DNA from: an uncultured delta proteobacterium
GTDB taxonomy: Bacteria > Myxococcota_A > Polyangia > Fen-1088
Assembly: GCA_963737265.1 (NCBI GenBank)
Contig: CAVTRY010000014.1
Coordinates: 352,001-416,000 of the forward strand
Direction: 5' to 3'
Length of the DNA stretch: 64,000 nt
Position numbers and translations under genes: made by a program. Below the pieces are notes generated by a model. It ran no database searches. It had not been told where the DNA came from and saw only the letters and a list, made by a program, of their open reading frames with translations. Positions 11,349 to 20,154 of the stretch are shown piece by piece (position 1 is the first letter of the stretch; the number at the start of each line of letters is the position of its first letter).

Positions 11349-11744
11349 CTAAGGGTGATCGTGGCCGTGGCCCTGGCCTTGGCCGTGCCCACCGCACGCC
11401 ATGCCCGGCTGCATACGCATGAGGGAGCCTGCCTTGAATGCCTCGACGGTGGTTGAAACCGTTGGGTGCTCGGCACGGAAGACGCTGAGTCCGGCCGCCA
11501 TCAACTTGTTGAGGGCGCCCATGCCAATGCCACCCACCACGATGCCGTCGAGGATCTCGCCCTGGAGCAACGCGAAGGGCGAACACGTGCCGTGCTCATG
11601 ATGCTGATTCCGATTCACAATAGCGCGGCAATCATTGTTGTCGGTATCCACGATCAGGAATGCGGGGGCCGAACCGAAATGGGCGCAGACTTCACTCTGA
11701 AGCCCAAGGTCGTCGTTCACTGGGATACAGATTCGCATGGTCAC
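11349..11744 (-). CDS. NifB/NifX family FeMo-cofactor-binding domain protein
   Basis: HFGSAPAF, GGIGMGA, His/Gly tail. Confidence 0.88.
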   Translation of the reverse strand: MTMRICIPVNDDLGLQSEVCAHFGSAPAFLIVDTDNNDCRAIVNRNQHHEHGTCSPFALLQGEILDGIVVGGIGMGALNKLMAAGLSVFRAEHPTVSTTVEAFKAGSLMRMQPGMACGGHGQGQGHGHDHP

Positions 11745-11797
11745 TTCTCCTTGATGGATGGCCTTCCGGCCGGGTTACGTCCGGAGGACATTCCGGG

Positions 11798-12127
11798 TCA
11801 TTTCTTCTTGTCGTGCAACTCACAGCAGCGACGGCCTTCGTGCTGAACGGGGCCGCCTTCGATGCGCAGTGCCTTGCCATGCACCAGGACGTCCGCAACC
11901 TTCCGGTGCGCAGATTCGACAATCCTGCTGAATGTCGGGCGAGACACGCCCATCTGTTCGGCGGCTTGTTCCTGGTAGAGCCCGACGAGGTCGGCCTGTC
12001 GAAGTGCCTCGAACTCGTCGAGGGTCATCACGACCTCCTCGATCTCGCGCATGGGGATGCCGGTAGGTTTGAAGATCGAAGCGGCCGGTTTCCCGGCGAT
12101 CATGCGGCAGCAGAATGGTCTTGGCAC
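11798..12127 (-). CDS. DUF134 HTH DNA-binding protein
   Basis: PRP start, FKP, DEFEALR.AD..GL.Q..AA..MGVSRPTF, IEGG. Confidence 0.9.
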   Translation of the reverse strand: MPRPFCCRMIAGKPAASIFKPTGIPMREIEEVVMTLDEFEALRQADLVGLYQEQAAEQMGVSRPTFSRIVESAHRKVADVLVHGKALRIEGGPVQHEGRRCCELHDKKK

Positions 12128-12145
12128 CCGAATACCTTCGGAGGC

Positions 12146-12173
12146 ATTATGGACATATGTGCACAATTGTCAA
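12146..12173 (-). promoter_or_regulatory. sigma70-like promoter with overlapping palindromic operator
   Basis: Minus strand TTGACA-N16-CATAAT; ATTGTGCACAT|ATGTCCATAAT is a 9/11 inverted repeat. Confidence 0.7.
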
Positions 12174-12641
12174 GCGGGACCATAGGCATTTCGAAGGGGC
12201 ATTTCGAAGGGGTGTTTTGAGCGTCGGAGAACCCTGCCGGACCGCATCAGGTCGGCCCTGATCACGTTGGCGCAGCGCACTTGACCGGGTTTCTGGGGCC
12301 TGACGGGGTCTTTCTCGAGCACGCAGGGGAGTCTACTCCATCCCGCCCTGGTCGAGGTGCCGTCAGTTCAGCCAGTCTCCGCCCTCGCCACCAGATTGCG
12401 AGGGAGGCGGCCGTGCGGGCCAGAGCTTGGGCGCCTCGATGGGTAGCCCCATGGCAGAGAGAATCTTTTTGATGGTGTCCTCGGTCTCGATCATGGCGAT
12501 GAGGCGCAGCGGGCTCTTGGCAGCACGGGCAGATCGTGTCGATGTCGAATGTCTTTTTTAGGAGCTGGCTCCAAGAAATATAGTGTGAAAGGAGCAGTGA
12601 AGGCTTGTCGTTTTCCTCGGGCGTGGCCGCGGCCGGGACTG

Positions 12642-13220
12642 GGGTGCTTCCCTGAAATGGGGGCTGGGGCTTCACCTCGCCCCGCGCAGGTGGGAATCGG
12701 AGGGAAAAACAGGGAGGAACGGAGGACCAGAGGAATCACGGGTTGGGTTGACGAGGCGGCGGAGACCCTCGCGAAGTACGGGGACGTGGAAATTGACGAG
12801 CAGGCCCACCGGCAGTCGTAGGAGCTTGAGATAGGTAATGACTGTGCCAAGTGGACAGGAAGCAACTGCTCTACCGCCTTGACTTCGACGACCAAACGGC
12901 CTTCCACCATGAGGTCGAGGCGATAGCCGCAGTCGAGGTCAATGCCTTTGTACTGCAGAGGAATCGCGACCTGACGTTGCGTGCGAAATCCACGCAGGCC
13001 TAGCTCGCGCGCCAGGCAGTGCTCGTAGGCCGACTCAAGCAGCCCGGGACCGAGGTGACGGTGGACTTCGATGCAGGCGGCGATAATTTGCCCAGTAAAG
13101 TCATCCTGTCTCTGTTTCTCCGTTCCTCGCTGTTCCATATCTGCGTTTTCGGCGGCACTCCGCCAGAAGTTGCTACCTCACCGAGCCCCCGGCTGGGGCC
13201 CCCGTTTCAGGGAGGCACCC
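12642..13220. mobile_element. 579-bp non-autonomous element carrying GxxExxY gene
   Basis: 22-bp TIRs GGGTGC(T/C)TCCCTGAAA(T/C)GGGGG, 9-bp TSD CCGGGACTG (12633-12641, 13221-13229); removal restores QVVPVPAAA of tnp. Confidence 0.8.
12735..13138 (-). pseudogene. GxxExxY protein, frameshifted (copy 1)
   Basis: LGPGLLESAYE, YRLDLMVE, EVKAVE; 1-nt deletion at HLAQ/VITYLK; 3' end approximate. Confidence 0.85.
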
Positions 13221-13319
13221 CCGGGACTGGGACGACTTGGCTGCGGAGGCTGGAGTGTGCTGAGCCCAGCGCCGCGAGAGACTCGTTTCAGTTGGTTGAC
13301 TGATCTGGCTGGCTAATGG

Positions 13320-14759
13320 CTATTGCTTGAGCGTAGCACCTTCTGCCTTCTCCCAATCTGAAAGGTCGGCGCACTCCTCCGGCTTGCTATTGCACTTGGT
13401 ACGTGTGCACATGACCTTCCTCGTTGGATAGATGCAGACGGAACGAATGGCGCTGCCTGGCCGTTCGACCACACCGACGCTCGTGTTGACGTCGGAGGCC
13501 TCCAGGTCCACCTGCGGGTCGTTGTAGTTGAGCTCGGTGTTCCGACCCAATATCTCCCGATAGTCGCCAAGACGGCCGCAACCGATTGTCACGGAAAATG
13601 CGTTCCAGCGAACGGTTGGAAGGCCGTATCCGTTTAAACCCGACGATGACAAATCTTCCCATCGACCGTCCCACCCGAAGACGAGATCGCCTAGTCCGTC
13701 GCCGTTAATATCCCCCGCCCAAACGATCCTTCCGTCACGCTCTCCGGTCGGATTGCCCTTCCATGCCGTCGTTCCAGTGAGATCCCAGGCCGGCAGGCCA
13801 CGATCCTCGTCCGGCGGGTGGCTTGAACACCAAGCCAGGGTTTGGGCGCGCAGCTTCGACTGAGCCGCTCGCGCAGCAATCGCGTTCCTGCGTGCCTCGT
13901 TGGCCGTGGCACATTTTGTTGCCCCCAGGCTGCATGGGCCTCCGCAGAGAGCGCGGTTGAAGGCCGTACCGGTTGAATCGGGCGTGGGCAGCCCGCTGAG
14001 ACCTTTGACACACAAGGCGTCGTCGCCGCGATGATAGTTGACCATGGCCTCATCGTTGGTAAGGGCTTCGGCAACGTCCGAGGTAATTTCCTTGCCGCAG
14101 ACGCGGCGGTACTTGGTGATCAGGCGCAGGGCGCTGTCGCGAAAGGCGGCCTTGTCCAATTTTGTGACGAGCTCTCGAGCCTTTTTGAAATCGCACGACA
14201 CTGCCTGCTCGGAATCGCGGTCCTCCACCGTCCTGTCTCGGTTTTGGGCGCGTCTGACGTCGTCTTCAATTTCCTTCTGGCGCTTCTTGACTCCGAACTC
14301 ACAGCAAGACATGCAGGCCGCCTTTTTGCAGTCGCCCCCACAATATCCAAACGAGTCGTTGATCTCCTCGTCTGGGCCCCCATTCCCAACCACGAGCATG
14401 CTCCGCTCTGTGACACGGCGGCAGCCTTCGAAATCGGTAGGATCCTTCTTCAGGTACTGCCTAACAATGTAAAGGAGCGTCCGATGCTGGTCACTGATGC
14501 TGACCCTACCCCTGCAAAGTTCCAGCTCGTGCTCGTAGGAACGAATCGTGTCGTCTGTCTTGACCGACGCGGCCTTGTCCTCGCCACGACTTAGGATCTG
14601 CTTGTACGTACACTCCGGGTCTTCCGCCGCCGCCGTTTTGGCCACCCCCGCGCAGGCGCAAACGACCGCGAGCGACAGCCACCAGCGGCGGGATGTCGGC
14701 GCGGCGTCGCCGCACGTTCTATTTATCGAAAGGTCCTCTCGGACAAACCAGCCAAACAT
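13320..14759 (-). CDS. secreted cysteine-rich hypothetical protein
   Basis: Long ORF, signal-like RRWWLSLAVVCACAGVAKTAAA, two CGGxC modules, GDINGDGLGDLV Ca-binding/FG-GAP-like motif; start uncertain. Confidence 0.7.
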   Translation of the reverse strand: MFGWFVREDLSINRTCGDAAPTSRRWWLSLAVVCACAGVAKTAAAEDPECTYKQILSRGEDKAASVKTDDTIRSYEHELELCRGRVSISDQHRTLLYIVRQYLKKDPTDFEGCRRVTERSMLVVGNGGPDEEINDSFGYCGGDCKKAACMSCCEFGVKKRQKEIEDDVRRAQNRDRTVEDRDSEQAVSCDFKKARELVTKLDKAAFRDSALRLITKYRRVCGKEITSDVAEALTNDEAMVNYHRGDDALCVKGLSGLPTPDSTGTAFNRALCGGPCSLGATKCATANEARRNAIAARAAQSKLRAQTLAWCSSHPPDEDRGLPAWDLTGTTAWKGNPTGERDGRIVWAGDINGDGLGDLVFGWDGRWEDLSSSGLNGYGLPTVRWNAFSVTIGCGRLGDYREILGRNTELNYNDPQVDLEASDVNTSVGVVERPGSAIRSVCIYPTRKVMCTRTKCNSKPEECADLSDWEKAEGATLKQ

Positions 14760-14915
14760 GCCAACGGTCTGCCTGGCAGTCGGAAATCTGTCAAGCAGGC
14801 ATCGCGAGGCGTGCAACCGCAGCTTCCCAGCGATGCTGTGGTCGGTGGTGCTTGCCTGGCCTCCGGGTAGGCGTTCCCCAGCGATCGGGTGGAACCGAAA
14901 AGCGTTTTGGATCGG

Positions 14916-15029
14916 CTACGGTTTGTACTCGTCTGCCCCGCAGTCGCAGGCCGTGCCTTGCGGGCGGGTGTTGCCGTCGATGTCGTCGGGCGGGCAGGTA
15001 TTGCCGCCGGCGTTCACACAGGGCGATGT
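14916..15029 (-). pseudogene. 3' remnant of choice-of-anchor Q domain gene
   Basis: SPCVNAG...DIDGNTRPQGTACDCGADEY abutting the IS91 end. Confidence 0.65.
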
Positions 15030-15499
15030 GACCATAGGCATTTCGAAGGGGTGTTTTGAGCGTCGGAGAACCCTGCCGGACCGCATCAGGTCGGCCCTGA
15101 TCACGTTGGCGCAGCCTGGTCGAGGTGCCGTCAGTTCAGCCAGTCTCCGCCCTCGCCACCAGATTGCGAGGGAGGCGGCCGTGCGGGCCAGAGCTTGGGC
15201 GCCTCGATGGGTAGCCCCATGGCAGAGAGAATCTTTTTGATGGTGTCCTCGGTCTCGATCATGGCGATGAGGCGCAGCGGGCTCTTGGCAGCACGGGCAG
15301 ATCGTGTCGATGTCGAATGTCTTTTTTAGGAGCTGGCTCCAAGAAATATAGTGTGAAAGGAGCAGTGAAGGCTTGTCGTTTTCCTCGGGCGTGGCCGCGG
15401 CCGGGACTGGGGTGCTTCCCTGAAATGGGGGCTGGGGCTTCACCTCGCCCCGCGCAGGTGGGATCGGAGGGAAAAACAGGGAGGAACGGAGGACCAGAG

Positions 15500-15905
15500 G
15501 GATCATGGGTTGGGTTGACGAGGCGGCGGAGACCCTCGCAAAGTACGGGGACGTGGAAATTGACGAGCAGGCCCACCGGCAGTCGTAGGAGCTTGAGATA
15601 GGTAATGACTGTGCCAAGTGGACAGGAAGCAACTGCTCTACCGCCTTGACTTCGACGACCAAACGGCCTTCCACCATGAGGTCGAGGCGATAGCCGCAGT
15701 CGAGGTCAATGCCTTTGTACTGCAGAGGAATCGCGACCTGACGTTGCGTGCGAAATCCACGCAGGCCTAGCTCGCGCGCCAGGCAGTGCTCGTAGGCCGA
15801 CTCAAGCAGCCCGGGACCGAGGTGACGGTGGACTTCGATGCAGGCGGCGATAATTTGCCCAGTAAAGTCATCCTGTCTCTGTTTCTCCGTTCCTCGCTGT
15901 TCCAT
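15500..15905 (-). pseudogene. GxxExxY protein, frameshifted (copy 2)
   Basis: Near-identical to copy 1 including the same frameshift; left TIR at 15410, right TIR lost. Confidence 0.85.
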
Positions 15906-15967
15906 ATCTGCGTTTTCGGCGGCACTCCGCCAGAAGTTGCTACCTCACCGAGCCCCCGGCTGGGGCC

Positions 15968-16012
15968 AACCCACCCAACCCCTGCCCCACGCGGCTTCGC
16001 CGCGCCCGTCGC
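15968..16012 (-). repeat. hairpin/G-run micro-insertion 1
   Basis: GCGACGGGCGCGGCGAAGCCGCGTGGGGCAGGGGTTGGGTGGG on minus strand, after PWSDG codons. Confidence 0.7.
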
Positions 16013-16364
16013 CATCGGACCACGGGCGCTTGAACTCCAGCCTCACGTGACCGTCGTCGAGGATCTCTGAGGCGGTCGTTGGCGAGGGGCGGGCGCAAGA
16101 TGTACTTGCACAGGTTCTCGCGACCCTTGTTGTCGTTGGCGGCGACTTTGGTCTGAGCATGGAGGTTGAACCCTGCGTGCTGGCCGCATAGCCTGCCCTT
16201 GGCCATGGGCGTGGCGTCGGGGTCGAGCACGATGCGCACAGGCGCCCGCTTGTGCGCGCGGGCCGGCGGGCGACGCCCCGGCGGTGGCTGCTGCCAACAA
16301 GCGGGCCAGGAGCGGGTCTTTCTCGCCCATGGTTTCGTCGGTGACGACGGTGACTTCACCGTCT

Positions 16365-16432
16365 CCCCCTTCGGGGACTTCGGGACCTACCCCTCCACCT
16401 ACCCACCCCACGCGCTTCGCGCGTGCCCTCGC
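16365..16432 (-). repeat. hairpin/G-run micro-insertion 2 (variant)
   Basis: GCGAGGGCACGCGCGAAGCGCGTGGGGTGGGTAGGTGGAGGGG... splits VTAPG|DGEV. Confidence 0.7.
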
Positions 16433-16807
16433 CTGGCGCGGTGACGAGGGTGATGACGCCGCGACGCTTTAGGAAGCGGAGGATGCGCTTACTGGTGCGC
16501 TCGACGATGGCAAGGACGTCCTCTTGGGTAAGTTCCGGCGCCGGGTGGAAGATGGGGGAACCGCCGTCGCGGCGAGGGGCGTACGCGCCATCGAGCTGGA
16601 GGACATGAAAATGCGGTGAGAGACGCAGGTCGCTGTTGGCGCGCTGGACGACGGTGACGGCGCCACACTCGCCGTCGGCAATCCCCCGATCTGCCAGGCG
16701 CTTGCGATAGCTCGACGCTACGGTGTCGATGAAGATGCGCAGGACTTGGCCGAGTAGTTTTCCGTCGAAGGCCAACGGAAATCTCAGCGAGAAGGGCAGC
16801 GTAACTA

Positions 16808-16857
16808 GGGCCTGCCCGCCCTGCCCCTGCCCCACGCGGCTTCGCCGCGCCCGTCGC
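16808..16857 (-). repeat. hairpin/G-run micro-insertion 3
   Basis: Same core as insertion 1; splits RQF|V|VTLP. Confidence 0.7.
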
Positions 16858-17047
16858 GAATTGCCGGATAGGCACTTCGGGCAGCACGTGGTCGACCAGA
16901 GACAACGCGCCCGCGTTCATGCGTCTGCCGCCGCAGCTCGGACAGAAGCCGCGACCTTTGCAGCTCCAGGCCACCGCATACCGCTGGTGGCAGGTCTTAC
17001 AAGCAGGTCTTACACAAAAGTTGCGCGAAGCCGTGAGTGTGGACGTA

Positions 17048-19321
17048 CTACGACTCCTTTCTTGGGCCGCCGATCATTTGGTCAAACAGGTCGCGCTGGC
17101 GTCCGCAAGTAGCGGAAGATACATCGATTCTCCAGCACTCACGCTTGCCTATTTGGGTGCGCATGGCTTGAAGGTTCCCTTGTTTGACCAAATAGACGAC
17201 GTGCGATTTTCCCAGTCCCAGGCGGCGAGCTGCCTCGCTCACCCCTACCCAACCCGCAGGGGCCTCGCCGCCGGCGAGCTTCCGGCGAACCTCTTCGGTG
17301 AGCACGATACTCCAAGGCGCGCCGGACACCGACTGGTGTCCGGCCAGCACGCCATCGCGAAGCCACCGCTGGACGGTGCCAACGGCGACGCCGAGCTCGC
17401 TGGCTGTCTGGTCGAGAGTGAACGGACCTTCGCGATCATCGCGAGCCCGCTTCTTCGGCGCCGCGGGGATCTTGTTCTTGCCACGAAGCGAGCCCACGCT
17501 CTCCTTCGTAAACGCCCGCCCCAGGCCACTGCGCCTGCGCTGGCGATTGAGAATCCGGGCGATCTGCGAGTCGTCGAATTCCTGCGCCAACTGCCGCACA
17601 AGCTCAACGGTATCCAGCGGTGTTGCCGTGGCGCCGCCAGGGCTCGCCAGGCGTAACACTTCTCGCTCGGTGGTTGCGCCGCCCTTCCACACGATCCGGA
17701 CCAGGTATCGCTTCTGCTCCGTGCGGATCTGCACTTCTTCGATCACGGATCGCAGGAGCCGCTTTCGATCCCGCATCTTGGTGTTTTCGGCTTGCCAGAC
17801 TTCGTCGAGGTTCCGGCCGAGCTTCTCGGCCCGGGCCAACTCCGCAGTGCTCAGCGGCCGTCGGTGGTCCAGCGCCTGCGCGGCTTTCGTCCGCACTGTC
17901 TCCAACTCTTCGAGCCGCTGGTTCCAGCGTCGCTCAAGCTCCCGGGCGACGGTGCGATTCTCCGGGTCAGTCGCCATGTATTGCCGCTCGGCCAGACGAG
18001 CCTCGTACTCGGCCTTCTCGATTTGTAGCTGCCACAACTTCTCAGTTGCTGCGATCTCGCCGCGCAGTTGCTGGTCGGCCAACACTGCCGCCGTCGATCC
18101 CGCGCTCTTCGTCACCTCGAGAAATGTTGCCACCACCACCGCCTCGATCCGCTTACCGCCTACGAGCTGGCACTCCTTGCGGCCATACTCGCCCGGCCAG
18201 CGACATCGGTACTGAAGCGTCCGCTTGGCCTTCGCGCCGCCATAGCCGACAAACATCCGCCGCCCGCAGTGCCCGCAGCGCGCGAGCCCCGGCAGAAGCC
18301 CTTGTCCTTCGCGCGCGGCTCCGCTGTGGCTCTCGTCTTTGCTCGCTTTCATCATCTCGTTGTTCTCTATGCGCGCCTGGTTGGCGAGGTACTTGTCAAA
18401 CGTAATGTACCCCGGATGGTGATCCTTTATCAGCACGGGCCACTCGTCCAGACCGCGTCTCTGACCACGTCGTATCACCACCCGGTGTGGATTGTCCGGT
18501 TCCAACTCTCGCCGGGTTTCGCTCCGGCCAAACACATAGGCCCCCGCGTAGAACGGATGGTGCAGCGTCGACAGGATCGCCCGGTATTTCACCTCCGTCC
18601 ACACCACGAGACCGCCACCGACGCCCAGCCGCCGCACCGGGAAGGGTAGCCCTTGTGCGTGCCACCACGCCAGCACCTGGCGCGCGGTCCCCACCTCATC
18701 GAACTTGTCGAATACCCGGCGGATAGCATCGGCGACCGCCTGGTCGCTGGTGATGCTCAAGCGTCCGAGCTCGTCGAGGTCGTATCCGGATGGCACCATG
18801 GTGAACACTTCCCCGCGGCGAGCCTTGTTCCAGCGAGCCTCCACCATACGGTGGACGGAATTGTCTCGCTCGATCTCGCTGACTTGGCCCCGAATTCCCA
18901 GCACCATGCGGTCAGCGCCGGCGCTTGGGTCGCAGATGCCCTGCTCGTCGGCAATAAGAGTCCCTGTCCAACGGCAGAGATGAACCAGATGATACCAATC
19001 GGCATCGTTGCGCGAAAGCCGCGAGACCTCCAAGCTCATCACGATTCCGACCTCGCTGCGAGCTACCGCCGATATGAGTCGAGCGAAGCCAGGGCGTGAT
19101 TCCGGCGTCGCCCCGCTCTTGCCTTGATCCTCATCGACCACCACCACCTGTTGCTCGTTCCAGCCCATGGCTCGCGCTTGCTCGGCGAAGCCGTGCTGTC
19201 GCTTTTGGCTCTCAAGGTTTTCGCGCACCTGTTTGAGCGACGATTGTCTGATGTACACGAACGCTGCGCGCTCGTGGTGTTCCGGTCGAATCTTGGATCG
19301 GTCGAGGTTGTAGATGCTCAT
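17048..19321 (-). CDS. large serine recombinase (resolvase, recombinase, Zn-ribbon, C-terminal HTHs)
   Basis: YIRQSS, EDQGKSG, EVSRLSRN, CGHCG zinc ribbon. Confidence 0.92.
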   Translation of the reverse strand: MSIYNLDRSKIRPEHHERAAFVYIRQSSLKQVRENLESQKRQHGFAEQARAMGWNEQQVVVVDEDQGKSGATPESRPGFARLISAVARSEVGIVMSLEVSRLSRNDADWYHLVHLCRWTGTLIADEQGICDPSAGADRMVLGIRGQVSEIERDNSVHRMVEARWNKARRGEVFTMVPSGYDLDELGRLSITSDQAVADAIRRVFDKFDEVGTARQVLAWWHAQGLPFPVRRLGVGGGLVVWTEVKYRAILSTLHHPFYAGAYVFGRSETRRELEPDNPHRVVIRRGQRRGLDEWPVLIKDHHPGYITFDKYLANQARIENNEMMKASKDESHSGAAREGQGLLPGLARCGHCGRRMFVGYGGAKAKRTLQYRCRWPGEYGRKECQLVGGKRIEAVVVATFLEVTKSAGSTAAVLADQQLRGEIAATEKLWQLQIEKAEYEARLAERQYMATDPENRTVARELERRWNQRLEELETVRTKAAQALDHRRPLSTAELARAEKLGRNLDEVWQAENTKMRDRKRLLRSVIEEVQIRTEQKRYLVRIVWKGGATTEREVLRLASPGGATATPLDTVELVRQLAQEFDDSQIARILNRQRRRSGLGRAFTKESVGSLRGKNKIPAAPKKRARDDREGPFTLDQTASELGVAVGTVQRWLRDGVLAGHQSVSGAPWSIVLTEEVRRKLAGGEAPAGWVGVSEAARRLGLGKSHVVYLVKQGNLQAMRTQIGKRECWRIDVSSATCGRQRDLFDQMIGGPRKES

Positions 19322-19494
19322 GGCCTGTTTCCTTCTTTCTTCTGCTCCCTCTTCGATCGAGCCTGAGCCACGCGCGCGATCAGTCGCGCCATCTGCTCGA
19401 TCACCGCTTGCCGCTCTCCCTCTGGCAACCGCTGTCAGAGCACGGCAAGATTGTCCCTGCGAAAATCAAGCGACACCTGTCTCTGCATGGGCAT
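19311..19494 (-). pseudogene. small accessory ORF with nonsense codon
   Basis: MPMQRQVSLDF..L*QRLPEGERQAVIEQMARLI; likely TGG to TGA; overlaps recombinase start. Confidence 0.45.
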
Positions 19495-19542
19495 GGCCCT
19501 CCTTCACCGCCCACATGCCAGCACACCCAGAGCACGGAAGCT

Positions 19543-19785
19543 TCAACCTTGATGTCGTCGCTGAAGCGCAGTCACTAGATCCGCCAACTCTCGGATCGCA
19601 TCGACGGTGAAAACGGTCGATGCCTGCTCGGCGAGATCACCGGGACCGTCTGCGTCCGTCCATGCCCGCGGCATGAGCATGGGCGGGCCTCCCGGCAAGC
19701 GCACAACGATCTGGCGCCGTCCACCGCGCAGCACCTCCAGCTTCTGCCCCGCGAGCGGATGGTGCCGCCGCGTGATCTTCACCTC
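19543..19785 (-). CDS. DUF5372/Y4bD-like small protein
   Basis: VKITRRHHPLAGQ...MPRAWTDA, typical partner of these recombinases; start uncertain. Confidence 0.6.
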   Translation of the reverse strand, partial: EVKITRRHHPLAGQKLEVLRGGRRQIVVRLPGGPPMLMPRAWTDADGPGDLAEQASTVFTVDAIRELADLVTALQRRHQG

Positions 19786-20154
19786 GGTCGGTGTCGGCGT
19801 AGTGAAGTGATTGTACCGATTGTGTTGTTGCCTACCCCCGCGCGAGGATGCCACCGTCGGTCACGAAGCTGGGCAGCGTGCGGCCGTCGGACTTGTCGGT
19901 CCACTCTTGCTCGAAGGTCAGAAGGTGTTGCTGGAGCACCTGGAAGAGCGCGGTCTTCTCAGGCTCCCGGCGGGCATAGGTGTAGCCGGTCGCAGGTTTT
20001 GCGCATGCTGCTGCCTCCACGAAGGAGGATGTCGGTCAGCGGGTCACGGAAGTTGCTTGAGCACGCCCTCAAGAGGTGTCTCAAAATGGGGTGAGCCAGT
20101 GCCAAGTCCCTCGGCTGGGAGCGAGGCCGGGAATCTCCTCGTGAGGGCCCAGCC

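Larger units (their letters stand above)
12178..13290 (-). mobile_element. IS91/ISCR-like element, partial copy 1 (oriIS-like end plus tnp 3' part)
   Basis: Near-identical to 15030-15967; tnp C-terminus WSQLLKKTFDID..CP..LRLIAMI..ILSAMGLP..PARPPP; end CCTATGGTC on minus strand. Confidence 0.75.
17033..19835 (-). mobile_element. large serine recombinase element inserted in IS91 tnp
   Basis: Splits ILARG|FAQL with a GG dinucleotide repeated at both junctions (17031-17032, 19836-19837). Confidence 0.8.

Noticed and set aside
11349-11744. Nitrogen fixation
   Set aside because: NifX-like domain alone, with no nif structural genes in the window
19430-19440. In-frame TGA as selenocysteine or recoding
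   Set aside because: Position fits a Trp codon mutated to stop; other genes use TGA as a normal stop
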